A stretch of 64,000 nt of DNA from Candidatus Latescibacterota bacterium. GTDB lineage: Bacteria; Latescibacterota; UBA2968; GCA-2709665. Every line of letters begins with the position of its first letter. The stretch's first letter is position 1. Both the position numbers and the translations under genes were made by a program. Where the stretch lies: positions 1,120,001-1,184,000 of the forward strand of contig OZ252100.1 in the NCBI GenBank assembly GCA_965248435.1, in the 5' to 3' direction. The notes beneath the pieces were generated by a model. The model made no database searches, was not told where the DNA came from, and saw only the letters and a program-made list of their open reading frames with translations. Below are positions 37,412 to 47,643 of the stretch, piece after piece.

Positions 37412-39781
37412 CTATTGCGTCTCCAACTTCTCCAGATAGTCTTCACTGACGAGGATGTCTCGTGACCGGCTGCTTCCATCGCCGGTGCTCACGATCCCCG
37501 CGGCTTCGAGTTCGTCTATCAGACGCGCAGCCCTGGCATAACCCACCTTCATCCTGCGCTGCAGCAGGGAGGCGGAGCCCTGCTGGTGTGTGACCACCAA
37601 GCGCAGCGCCTCATCAAACCGTTCATCTCGACTTACGTCCGGCTTGCCCAAGTCAGACATCTGAGTTCCGAAATCGATCGCCTCAACCTCGAAATCCTGA
37701 TCCTTCACACAGGCGACCAGACGCTCCGTTTCCTCCGTGGAAATGTAGGCCCCGTGAACCCTCAGGGGTTCGGGCCTTCCAGAAGGCAAAAAGAGCATAT
37801 CGCCCTGGCCGAGCAGCTTCTCGGCGCCGTTGACATCCAGTATCGTCCGGGAATCCACTTTGGTCGCCACCCGGAAGGCGATGCGGGAAGGAAAATTCGC
37901 TTTGATCGTCCCGGTAATCACATTTACGGATGGCCGCTGGGTCGCAAGAATGAGGTGGATGCCTACAGCCCTGGCCATCTGGGCGAGCCGCGCGAGTGAA
38001 TCCTCGATGTCCGCCGGGGCGGTCATCATCAGGTCAGCCAGCTCATCGATCACGATCACAATATAGGGGAGCAGCTCCGGCACCTCTTCCCGGTCTTCGT
38101 CCGTCTCTGCTTCGCGCCGAATCCTCTCCAGCTTCGCATTGAAGTCATCTATGTTCCGAACCCCGTATCGGGCGAGCATCCGGTAGCGAATCTCCATTTC
38201 GGTCACGGCCCACTTGAGGGCCTCGGCCGCGATCTTCGGCTCGGTCAGGACCGGGGCAAGGAGGTGGGGAATATCATCATAGACCGAGAGCTCCAACATT
38301 TTCGGATCGACCATGAGAAATCGGACCTCTTTCGGTGACCGCCGAAACAGGATGCTCGATACGAGCGCGTTCATGCAGACAGACTTCCCACTGCCCGTCG
38401 CGCCCGCGATCAGCAGGTGTGGCATCGCCGTCAAATCTGCGACAAACGGCTCACCCGTAGCCGTCTTTCCGAGAGCAATCGTCAACCCCTTGGTCGCTTC
38501 CTTGAACGCGCCGGTACTCAGAACCTCCTTCAGGTAGACCGTGGAAGGCCTCCGATTCGGCACCTCGACGCCTACCGCAGCCTTACCCGGAATGGGCGCC
38601 TGGATCCGAATGCGCCGCGCTTTCATCACGAGCGCAAGATCATCCGCCAGGTTGACGATCCGGTTGACCTTGACGCCCGCAGGCGGCTCCACCTCAAAGG
38701 TCGTGATCACCGGCCCCGGGTTGATCTGTAGGACCCTTCCTTCGATTCCGAAGCTGGCTAGACTGCGCTCCAAAATCTTACCCGATTCGATCAGGTGATC
38801 CCGGTCGACACGGTCGTCGGTGATCAGCGGATCGTCCAGCAGGCTTAGGTCGGGAAGCGAGTAGTCCCCGTCTTTCCCGAGCAGGCTCCTTGAAGCCACC
38901 TTCTTAACGGGCTGTTCAACCGCCGGGGTAAAGACCACAGGCTGTTCTCCGTTCTGCTTCACCGGGTCTGGGGGAATGTCGGTCTGCAAACCCGTTTCCA
39001 GGTCCCCATAGGAAGCTGGAGCCGGTGGATCATTCGCGAGTGCGGGCAGTTCAGGCTCCGCGACGACCTCCTTGACTTGCGCCTTTTTCGCGCGGCGTCT
39101 CCGCTTCAGGCTTTCCCAGCTTCTCCACAGATTAGCCGGGATATGCGCTGCCGACCGTCCCAGGGCGGCAAACGATCTTCCGAGACTTGTAGCCCAGGTC
39201 AGGAGCCTTCCCCCCGCCTCGAGCAGCAGATCGGGAATCCGGCTGAACGGGATATGGGTGGCCAGCATCATCACCACGACAGCGGCAGTCCCCAGGCAGA
39301 CGTAGGACCCGATCTTCCCCAAATAGGGCACCAGGACCGTGGAGGAAAGTGTAACCCCGAGCCACCCGCCCAACCGAAACGACTCGTAAGACTTTCCACG
39401 AGACGGAATCCCGGTCGCGCCGCAGTAGATCACCATCATGCTCAGCATGGCAGCGCTCTTTCCCGCGAGGGGCAGGACAGCCGCTTGCCTGAATCGATTC
39501 CATCCCCAGAGGAAGACAAGCAGGGTCAAGACGTAAGCCCCCTGCCCGATCAGGAAGAGGATGTAATACGAAAAATGGGCGCCCACCCACCCTGCCAGGT
39601 TAACGGCCAGTTCTGGCGGACGGCTCGAATTGGGCGGATCTTCCGGTGCTTGAGAAACGAGACTGACAACCATCAGCACCGCCAAACCAATCAGGAGCAC
39701 GCCCATAATCTGGGTGAACAGCTCCGATGTGTAGCGCTTCTCCTTCGGCACGAGTTTCGATCTTTTGTTCATCTCACCCAC
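37412..39781 (-). CDS. ftsK: DNA translocase FtsK
   Basis: N-terminal TMs, AGATGSGKS, IDELADLM, ATQRPS, gamma domain (VGYARAARL). Confidence 0.96.
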   Translation of the reverse strand: MGEMNKRSKLVPKEKRYTSELFTQIMGVLLIGLAVLMVVSLVSQAPEDPPNSSRPPELAVNLAGWVGAHFSYYILFLIGQGAYVLTLLVFLWGWNRFRQAAVLPLAGKSAAMLSMMVIYCGATGIPSRGKSYESFRLGGWLGVTLSSTVLVPYLGKIGSYVCLGTAAVVVMMLATHIPFSRIPDLLLEAGGRLLTWATSLGRSFAALGRSAAHIPANLWRSWESLKRRRRAKKAQVKEVVAEPELPALANDPPAPASYGDLETGLQTDIPPDPVKQNGEQPVVFTPAVEQPVKKVASRSLLGKDGDYSLPDLSLLDDPLITDDRVDRDHLIESGKILERSLASFGIEGRVLQINPGPVITTFEVEPPAGVKVNRIVNLADDLALVMKARRIRIQAPIPGKAAVGVEVPNRRPSTVYLKEVLSTGAFKEATKGLTIALGKTATGEPFVADLTAMPHLLIAGATGSGKSVCMNALVSSILFRRSPKEVRFLMVDPKMLELSVYDDIPHLLAPVLTEPKIAAEALKWAVTEMEIRYRMLARYGVRNIDDFNAKLERIRREAETDEDREEVPELLPYIVIVIDELADLMMTAPADIEDSLARLAQMARAVGIHLILATQRPSVNVITGTIKANFPSRIAFRVATKVDSRTILDVNGAEKLLGQGDMLFLPSGRPEPLRVHGAYISTEETERLVACVKDQDFEVEAIDFGTQMSDLGKPDVSRDERFDEALRLVVTHQQGSASLLQRRMKVGYARAARLIDELEAAGIVSTGDGSSRSRDILVSEDYLEKLETQ

Positions 39782-39981
39782 CTGTACAGATTCTCAAAGG
39801 GGAGAGCAATCAGGAGATCGTGAAGACCGGGTACCGGGAAAACAAAACACGGGGACCGGGTACCGTAAAGTCCGTGGATCGTGGATCGGAAAAACCCTTG
39901 CCAAATGCCTGGCGATGTGCACAGGCCTGGGGAAGCCTGAGCAACGCGCAGCGTCAACCAACGAGATACGAGATACGGGGT

Positions 39982-41685
39982 TTATAGGCCTTTCGCCATC
40001 ACAACAGGTGTTCGCGTCCGATGAATCCGTCCGTCCGGGTCAAGGGCTTCCATGTATAGAATGTATATACCCGGTTTGAGCTTCGATCCACGCTCCCCCA
40101 ACCCGTCCCAGACCACAAGACGCTGCGCGCCGCCCGGCTCTCCATTCAGCAGGGCCCTGACGCGTCGCCCGAGGCGGTCGTAGACCCAGAGATTCACGGA
40201 CGCCCTCGGTGTGGGAACCTGATAGGTAATCTCCACGCGGTCGCGAAAGGGATTGGGTGAGACCGAGAGCATCACCGCTTCGGAAAGCTCGCTCACGGAA
40301 ACGCTGTTGGGACGTCCCGGCGTCGCGCCGACCCCGTCCGTGCTGAAGAGCCAGTTTTCTGGCGCTCTGCTGGGTCCGTCCGGATCGATTCGCTCCAGAG
40401 ATCGGCCCTGCGTCTGGGACGCATCAGCTCCGTCATAAGTGGCACTGTCGACGACAGACCCGACGCCGTCCTTAATTACAACAGCATCTCCGCTGTCGTT
40501 CAACCGGGGCCACTTTTTAGGTTCCAGCAGGGTGGCCTCCAGCCCTGGATACACCTTTGACATCTCGTCGGCGTCTTCAGTGATCACAACATATTCAGCA
40601 GGTGCAAGCCTCAGCGAGGATTCGGCCGGCAGTTCGACGGGATCCGGACGGCGATCCTGAATCTGCCAGCCAAGGATATCCACAGAGGTTTCAGACCGGT
40701 TGAAAATCTCGATCCACTCCGGCTGGTCAGACTGCGGAGAAAACATCACTTCGTTCACGACGACCTGTCGTGGCTGCGCCCCGACGATCACGTACCTTGA
40801 ATACCGGTTGTTGGACCTGTCCTGGTCTGCGGGAAAGATCACCTCAGCCGATACCTCGTGGTGCCCCTGCTCGAGAGCTCCCACCTCAACGAACTTCGGG
40901 ATCGAGCCGCCCGCTTCGAGGAACTCGATCTCCTCTCCAAAAATCAGCCCCGGCCCCGATGCCGACACCTCTACGCTAAACGGCCCCGCGTCACGGACGC
41001 CCTCGTTGACGATCCTGAACTCGAACGTAAGGGTCTCACCTGAGACGACCTTCAAAGGGGTTCCAGAATCTCCTGCAACGGCGAGATCATTCGCTTTCTG
41101 ACTCACGCTGTTCGTTCGCCCCGGCGTGCCACCCACCCACCGTGAATCGGTCCAATTACCCGGGAGGTCGTCTCCCATCGGGTCGATCTTCTCCTCCGAG
41201 AACCCCGGAGCGTTTCCCAGTTCATACCGCATCGCGGCTATCGTGTCACCCGCAGAAGAGACCAGCACGATCTGTTCGGGTTTCGAATTACTCAACCCCC
41301 CTTTGCCCAGCGTCGCATCCGCTACGGTCAGGACCAAAGCGCCCTCCGGCAGCGGGTCGTAGGTGGATGAGTGCTCGAAGTGGCCCGAGTCCAGAATGAG
41401 TCCAAAGCTACCCGGCTCCAACACTGTCCCGCCTTCGTGGGCGAGGATCTCGTCTGCCTCTTCGGCATCCCCGATGCGCCAACCCCGGAGATCCAGGGAC
41501 TGATCGGAGAGATTCTGAATTTCGATAAACTCATCGTAGAATTCGCTTCCGGACGGGTCGAACATCACCTCGCTGATAATGATCTGTGCCGAAGCTTGAG
41601 CCGGCCACGAAACCGCTGCATAGATAAGCCAAGTAGCTATTCCCCTGGCCAGGCCCGCCCCCTCGATACACGGCGGCTGACGCAA
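39982..41685 (-). CDS. Secreted lamin-tail-domain protein with Ig/CARDB-like and FlgD-like C-terminal domains
   Basis: Two LTD repeats (ISEVMFDP/EFIEIQN; VNEVMFSP/EWIEIFN; TPGR.NS), then SPNPF...YDRLGRRVR...WDG...GIY. Confidence 0.8.
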   Translation of the reverse strand: MRQPPCIEGAGLARGIATWLIYAAVSWPAQASAQIIISEVMFDPSGSEFYDEFIEIQNLSDQSLDLRGWRIGDAEEADEILAHEGGTVLEPGSFGLILDSGHFEHSSTYDPLPEGALVLTVADATLGKGGLSNSKPEQIVLVSSAGDTIAAMRYELGNAPGFSEEKIDPMGDDLPGNWTDSRWVGGTPGRTNSVSQKANDLAVAGDSGTPLKVVSGETLTFEFRIVNEGVRDAGPFSVEVSASGPGLIFGEEIEFLEAGGSIPKFVEVGALEQGHHEVSAEVIFPADQDRSNNRYSRYVIVGAQPRQVVVNEVMFSPQSDQPEWIEIFNRSETSVDILGWQIQDRRPDPVELPAESSLRLAPAEYVVITEDADEMSKVYPGLEATLLEPKKWPRLNDSGDAVVIKDGVGSVVDSATYDGADASQTQGRSLERIDPDGPSRAPENWLFSTDGVGATPGRPNSVSVSELSEAVMLSVSPNPFRDRVEITYQVPTPRASVNLWVYDRLGRRVRALLNGEPGGAQRLVVWDGLGERGSKLKPGIYILYMEALDPDGRIHRTRTPVVMAKGL

Positions 41686-41908
41686 AGAGGCACCACGCGC
41701 CGCACTCGGGGATTCGGGGCTTGTAGATTTGGGGTGGTCTACCGGTTCATTCGATTCTGAAATCTAAAACTCCAATCCACAGTCTTCTACAGTAGCCAGG
41801 TTTCTTCGTGCCCTTCGTGCTTCTTCGTTCCGTTTCGTGATCAGCTTTTGCGAACGACGATCCTGTCGTGTCCTAAAGGACACGACGCACGATCGACGAT
41901 CGACGGCC

Positions 41909-44071
41909 TTAAATCATTCCGCGCCGCCGCCTTGTCGACCACTCCAGGGTAAGGAGCCCCAAAAGGACAAACAGGGGCCAGGATTCCCCCCATAGGCGGA
42001 ACTTGAACCGCTGGGTCGTCGGCTGCAGGGCAAGGGGTAATGCGTCAAGCGCTTCGGGCAGTCCTTCTGGAGTGACGAATTGACCCCCCGTCAGTTCCGA
42101 AATCTCCTCGAGCAGTTGGGCGTTCATGCGTGTATCTTCGTATTCAAGGCTGTAATGCCCGACCGCAAAACGGCCCGTCCCCTCGCCAAGGCTCACGCCG
42201 CCCTTCTCCGCGCGAACCCGAAAGGCGTGGTCCCCCTGAGACAGACCGCTGAACTTGCCTCGATACCTTCCCTCACCCAGTCCCTGCAGCAGGACCTCTC
42301 CGGCATCACCCTCTTCGATGACCGAGACCCGAACCGTTGCTCCATCTTCCGGGAGATCCAGCGCATTGAGCACCCTGGCGTAGAACGTGATCGGTTCACC
42401 CCCCCGGTAGATCTGTCTGTCGGTCGTTGCGCGCACACGTTCCATATCTTCCCGGGTCGTCAGCCATCGGATCGCGTTTCCCCAAAACTGCCGCGAGACC
42501 CGATCGCCTTGTCCGACCCCCCACATCATCAGCCCGAATCGCCAAAAACTACGAATGCTGACCATCATCGACTTGCCTGCGCCCGCCCGCGTAACCGCGA
42601 CGAGGGGCATCTTGCTCCCACCCACCCGCGCGACCGGATGCTGAAGAAGCACCGTCGCGTCGGGCCTCGCTCCACCATTCGGATTGAAGGCAAGCAATGG
42701 AGGCAGATCCGACCATTCTGCCTGAATGTCCAAAGGCTGGGCGGAGATCCGCATAATCGGATGACGCTTTCCGGTCTCTGCCACCTCAACGCTGAAATCT
42801 CCGGCCGCGTGGGCATCCGCGCCGTTCGAAAACTTCAGCGGCAGCACCTCGGTCAAAGCCGGCAGGGCATCCGCCCGCTTTGGGAAGAACAGGCCGCCCA
42901 CGAACAGCAGACCTCCTCCGTCGCGCACGAACTCGGCAAGCTTCCGCTCAGCGGCCCCGGCCAGGGCTGCGACCGGAAGGTCGAACAGGACGATCAGATC
43001 CCGATCCTCGACACCTCTCAGGACCTTTCCCAGATCCTGCTTCCGTTCTCCAGACCGGGTCGAGACGATCGCGTCCAGTTCAAGATTGGGGTCGGCCTCG
43101 AGCAAACGGCGAAGGTATGCGAAGTCGGCACTCGGACTTCCCCCGGCCAGGAGGACCTTGATTCGGCTTTCGAGCACCTCGGTCGTGAGGACCAGGACAT
43201 TGTTTGCTTCGGAACGTTCTCCGGGAAGAACATCGACAGAAACCGTGTAGACGTGCCTGCCCGCGTGGTCAGGCTGCAGTTTCAGGTTCAGTAGCTGATC
43301 TCCATCAGTAAGGGCCACCGGCTCGGCCGCAACCCGTCGCCCTTCCTCTTCGACCACAACGAGGCCTCGATCTCCGTCGTATCCGTTTGCGCGGATCCCG
43401 ATCTGAACCGAAACTTCGCTCCCGACATATCCGAGTGGATCGATCACGCCGGAGGTAAGGGCCAGATCCTTGGGCGGCCTGGGGTCACCCACACCCACGG
43501 TGATGATCGGGATACCCAAATTCAGGGCAGCTCGTTCGGGCTGTCCTCCCAGGTTGTGAGCTCCATCCGAAATCAGCACCGCGGCGACCGCACCCTTTTC
43601 ATCCACCTTTTCGCGGACCCGATCCAGCGCCCCCGCGATGTCCGTCGCACGGCCATCCCAGAAAAGGGAATCGATCTTTCCCTCCGAAAACGATACGATC
43701 TCCTCCGAGAACCCCACCCGCTCCAGCCTCGCTGCCGTCCCTAATTCTCGTAATGCATCTCCTCTCAACAATTCGAGCACGACATCCAGGCGCCGCCGCC
43801 CATCTTCCTCCAGCCGCATGCTCTGACTCTTATCCACCATCAGGGCCACGAGCGGCCTCCGATGCCTGTGCATCGTGAAGGCCAGGATCGGTTCCATAAG
43901 CAAGAGCACAAGGAGCAGGCAGACCAGACAGCGTAAGGATACCGCCCACCGAGCAAACCCGTTGCTTTTGAGGGACGGCCAATAGGCCTGCACCGCGAGG
44001 AAGCCGCCCGCCAGGAGCAGAAATCCCAGCAGGATCCCGTTCTTCACGTCCACATCAAAATCAAAGTGCAT
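41909..44071 (-). CDS. Membrane-anchored vWA plus class I glutamine-amidotransferase-like protein
   Basis: DKSQSM and ISDG MIDAS elements, FVRDGGGLL, C-terminal TM plus EWSTRRRRG. Confidence 0.8.
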   Translation of the reverse strand: MHFDFDVDVKNGILLGFLLLAGGFLAVQAYWPSLKSNGFARWAVSLRCLVCLLLVLLLMEPILAFTMHRHRRPLVALMVDKSQSMRLEEDGRRRLDVVLELLRGDALRELGTAARLERVGFSEEIVSFSEGKIDSLFWDGRATDIAGALDRVREKVDEKGAVAAVLISDGAHNLGGQPERAALNLGIPIITVGVGDPRPPKDLALTSGVIDPLGYVGSEVSVQIGIRANGYDGDRGLVVVEEEGRRVAAEPVALTDGDQLLNLKLQPDHAGRHVYTVSVDVLPGERSEANNVLVLTTEVLESRIKVLLAGGSPSADFAYLRRLLEADPNLELDAIVSTRSGERKQDLGKVLRGVEDRDLIVLFDLPVAALAGAAERKLAEFVRDGGGLLFVGGLFFPKRADALPALTEVLPLKFSNGADAHAAGDFSVEVAETGKRHPIMRISAQPLDIQAEWSDLPPLLAFNPNGGARPDATVLLQHPVARVGGSKMPLVAVTRAGAGKSMMVSIRSFWRFGLMMWGVGQGDRVSRQFWGNAIRWLTTREDMERVRATTDRQIYRGGEPITFYARVLNALDLPEDGATVRVSVIEEGDAGEVLLQGLGEGRYRGKFSGLSQGDHAFRVRAEKGGVSLGEGTGRFAVGHYSLEYEDTRMNAQLLEEISELTGGQFVTPEGLPEALDALPLALQPTTQRFKFRLWGESWPLFVLLGLLTLEWSTRRRRGMI

Positions 44072-45158
44072 TCTGCGCCTGCTCGATCTCGTCCGATCCA
44101 CCCCCGGGCAGCGACAGCCTGGGCATGACATCCAGCCCCAATCCGGAACGCTCTCCACGGGCCAGACGAAACGCCCCCGCCGCAGCGATCATGGCGGCGT
44201 TGTCCGTGCACAGATGAGGAGAAGGCGCATAGACTCGAAAATCCCGATCGGGCGCGCCGCTCTTCATCTTCGCTCGCAGCGAGGTATTCGCCGCGACACC
44301 TCCGGTCATAAGCACGCGCGCCACACCGAGATGCCTCGCGGCCTTCAGCGTTTTGTGGACGAGCACATCGATCACTGCAGCCTGAAAACTTGCCGCTACG
44401 TCCGCGCGCTCTTTACTGTTCTGTGTATCCGAGCGATCTCGCAGATGATACAAGACGGCCGTCTTCAGTCCGCTGAAGCTGAAGTCGAACCCATCCGCAT
44501 CGCGAAGCCCTCTCGGGAAATCGAACGCCTCGGGGTCTCCAGACTCGGCCATAGCCGAGATCGGAGGTCCCCCCATCGTTACCTTCCCTTCTTCCAACAG
44601 CCCGAGCAGCTTCGCAACCTTGTCGAACGCCTCGCCTGCGGCGTCGTCTCGCGTCCTCCCCAGAACGCCGTATGTCCCCCACGCCGTCACGTGGATGAGT
44701 TCGGTGTGACCTCCGGAGGCCACGAGTGCAAGGAACGGGGGGTCCAGGTCGGGGTGCTCGAGGACGCCGGCGATCAAATGGCCCTCGATGTGATGGACCC
44801 CGATCAGGGGAAGCCCCGATCCCAGCGCGATCCCTTTTGCGACAGAAATGCCTACAAGGAGGCAGCCCGCCAGACCGGGCCCCTGGGTGACAGCAACCCC
44901 GCCAAGCTTCTCCAGCGAGAGGTCCGCAGCTTCAACCGCACTCAAGATCGTCGGAATGACTTTGCGGATGTGATTGCGCGAGGCGAGTTCCGGCACCACC
45001 CCACCAAACCGGCTGTGATCTGTCTGAGAGAAGACCACGTTCGAGACAATCCGCCCACCGGCCACCACAGAAGCAGCCGTTTCATCACACGACGTCTCGA
45101 TCCCGAGCACGGGCTTTTCCCACGCCCAACCGTTCGTAATTTTCCCTTGCTGTTTCAT
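44061..45158 (-). CDS. tsaD: tRNA threonylcarbamoyltransferase TsaD
   Basis: LGIETSCDET, GGVVPELASRNH, HIEGH, SGGHT, DDAAGEAFDK, TDNAAMI. Confidence 0.96.
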   Translation of the reverse strand: MKQQGKITNGWAWEKPVLGIETSCDETAASVVAGGRIVSNVVFSQTDHSRFGGVVPELASRNHIRKVIPTILSAVEAADLSLEKLGGVAVTQGPGLAGCLLVGISVAKGIALGSGLPLIGVHHIEGHLIAGVLEHPDLDPPFLALVASGGHTELIHVTAWGTYGVLGRTRDDAAGEAFDKVAKLLGLLEEGKVTMGGPPISAMAESGDPEAFDFPRGLRDADGFDFSFSGLKTAVLYHLRDRSDTQNSKERADVAASFQAAVIDVLVHKTLKAARHLGVARVLMTGGVAANTSLRAKMKSGAPDRDFRVYAPSPHLCTDNAAMIAAAGAFRLARGERSGLGLDVMPRLSLPGGGSDEIEQAQNAL

Positions 45159-45496
45159 ACCTGGACCTGCTCCACCCGGCCAAAGGACGCTCCCCTCCAC
45201 AGGTCCCGGCGGCATATCCCTTCGATAATGTTCAAATTATAGGAAGGAAGGCGAAAATAGGCGAGAGGAGAATCTGATCCTTCGACCAAGCAGGAGCGTC
45301 AGGAGGGCGCGCGGGCTTTCATCAAATTATCAGGCGGTGAAATGACCGGTTCCTGCCCGAAAAAGCGCCGGAAGGAAAGCCAAAAGCTGCATCTCGGTCG
45401 AAACCGAACCGAGCTGCAGCTTCTGTGCCGGGATTTCTCAGATGGCGCCCGACCAAATCGTGCAATGGCATCCATCCGCAGCGCTCGCTGGGAGCG

Positions 45497-45688
45497 CTAT
45501 TTGTAGGATTCGGCGATGTTTCTCCCCATACTGATTTCGCCGTTGTCGATTCGGAGGTTGAATCCACACTCCGGATTACTGCAGACCCAGGCCTTGTACC
45601 GGATCGAAGACCCCTCCCGACCGTAGTCGGAAAGCGGGAGCAGGGTCCCTGTCGAGCACCTGAGGCACGAGACAAATTGAGATTCCAT
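45497..45688 (-). CDS. Small zinc-ribbon protein (63 aa)
   Basis: Strong RBS gggagg; CLRC...WVCSNPECGF. Confidence 0.75.
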   Translation of the reverse strand: MESQFVSCLRCSTGTLLPLSDYGREGSSIRYKAWVCSNPECGFNLRIDNGEISMGRNIAESYK

Positions 45689-45896
45689 TCTGTCCTCCCA
45701 TCCGCTATACAGCACCACCGACATGCCGGAACAAGGCGCTTGCGCCGTCCGGCCTTGCAGAGCAGCCCATCCGCAGCGGGTTGCCCCCTAAAAAACGGCA
45801 AAATATGCCGTAACCTTATCAGGTGCATTAATTTAGACTAATTCACTGACAAAGTCAATTCCTTATTCCTTCGGGGCCGCATTCGGGTGAACCCAC

Positions 45897-45925
45897 TTGA
45901 CAAATCTCTTTTATTCACTTATACT
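45897..45925 (+). promoter_or_regulatory. sigma70 promoter of symporter gene
   Basis: TTGACA-17 bp-TATACT. Confidence 0.7.
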
Positions 45926-45989
45926 TCAGCTCGACATCGCCCAGGAATCGAGTCCATCTCGATAGCTATTAGCCCGCCTAAGGCAATAA

Positions 45990-47483
45990 ATGCGGACTCC
46001 TTCACAAAACAACCTTCTTTTCCTCATCCTGCTCGCCATCCTCCTCGGGGGGCTGTTCGGCGGCCTGTTCCCCCAGCAGGCGCTCCACACCAAGTTCCTC
46101 GGTGAAATCTTCCTCAACGCATTGAAAATGGTCGTCGTCCCGCTGGTCGTGGCCTCCATGATCGTCGGGGTGACCAATCTAGGTGACATCCGTCGGATCG
46201 GCGGCATCGGCCGGCGGACCGTCATCTACTACATGGCCACGACGGGAATGTCGGTCCTTTTGGGTCTTCTGTTGGTCAACATCATCCGCCCCGGGGTCGG
46301 TCTCCATCACGGTGAAAATCTCACATCGGAGCCGTATGCGGTTCACGATCAGACCGTCTCCCTGCGGGGTGAAGGGCTCGGAGATGCAGGTTATGACGGC
46401 AGATACCGGGTGGTCCTGAAGGACCAGGGCGTTTCGGGGATCATCGATCCGGGAGCGACGCGAACTCGAACCCAGCTTACCGTCTCGGAATGGCTCGACA
46501 TCGACACGGGACAGCGTGTGCGTCCCGACGCATCGGGAACGGGACTGAGCATCGATCTGGCGGTTGCCCAGCGCGTGAAAGGGAAGGACCGATCCATCAT
46601 CGATGTGCTCACCGATGTCCTCGTCGGCATGGTGCCCACGAACGTCTTCAAGGCCATGGTCGAGACCGACGTGCTCCCGCTAATCGTCTTTTCCCTGCTC
46701 TTCGGGGGGGTCCTCACCACGCTCGGCGAACGCGCCGACCCGTTGATCCAGGTGATCACATCGATCAACGAGGCGATTATGAAAGTGGTCCACATCGTCA
46801 TTACCTTTGCCCCGGTCGGCATTTTCGGTCTCATCGCAGCCCGGATGGGTGCGAGCGGCGGGTGGGCGGGGTTCTATCCTGAACTCGTGAAGCTGGGCTG
46901 GTATGCCACCACCGTGATCCTGGGACTGCTCGGCCACGGACTCGTGATCCTCCCGCTCGTCCTCCTGATCGTTGCCCGCAGGAATGTCCTGGAATACGGC
47001 CGCAATCTTCTCACCGCCCTGTCCACGGCCTTCTCTACCGCCTCCAGCTCCGCCACGCTCCCCCTCACGATCGAGTGCGTCCAGGAAAGGAACGGGATCT
47101 CGAACCGTACGGCCAGCTTCGTACTGCCGCTCGGTGCAACGATCAACATGGACGGGACGGCGCTCTACGAAGCCGTGGCCGCAATCTTCATCGCTCAGGT
47201 CTACGGCATCACGCTCGGACCGGTCGAACAGCTGATCATATTTCTCACCGCCACCCTCGCCGCCATCGGGGCGGCCGGGATTCCAGAAGCGGGCCTGGTC
47301 ACGATGGTCATCGTCTTGCGCGCGGTCGACCTCCCCATCGAGGGCATCTCGCTCCTCCTCATGATCGACTGGTTCCTGGACCGGTGCCGCACGACCGTGA
47401 ACGTCTGGGGAGACGCCGTCGGCGCGGCTGTGATCGCCCGTTATGAGGGAGAGTCCGAGGTGCACGACCTTCGTGCTGCCTGA
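45990..47483 (+). CDS. Dicarboxylate/amino acid:cation symporter (GltP/GltPh family)
   Basis: AFSTASSSATLP, TINMDGTALYE, DWFLDRCRTTVNVWGD. Confidence 0.93.
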   Translation: MRTPSQNNLLFLILLAILLGGLFGGLFPQQALHTKFLGEIFLNALKMVVVPLVVASMIVGVTNLGDIRRIGGIGRRTVIYYMATTGMSVLLGLLLVNIIRPGVGLHHGENLTSEPYAVHDQTVSLRGEGLGDAGYDGRYRVVLKDQGVSGIIDPGATRTRTQLTVSEWLDIDTGQRVRPDASGTGLSIDLAVAQRVKGKDRSIIDVLTDVLVGMVPTNVFKAMVETDVLPLIVFSLLFGGVLTTLGERADPLIQVITSINEAIMKVVHIVITFAPVGIFGLIAARMGASGGWAGFYPELVKLGWYATTVILGLLGHGLVILPLVLLIVARRNVLEYGRNLLTALSTAFSTASSSATLPLTIECVQERNGISNRTASFVLPLGATINMDGTALYEAVAAIFIAQVYGITLGPVEQLIIFLTATLAAIGAAGIPEAGLVTMVIVLRAVDLPIEGISLLLMIDWFLDRCRTTVNVWGDAVGAAVIARYEGESEVHDLRAA

Positions 47484-47643
47484 GTAGTCTCGCGGGGCGT
47501 TTCATCCATAAATCCAACCCGTTGAATTGCACGACCACGGACGACGGACCGCGGACCGCTTAGATCAGCCTATTCATCTCGTCATCTGTCGCCTGCCTTC
47601 TTTTTCCAATCCACGATCCACGGACTCACCTACCTGACGACGA

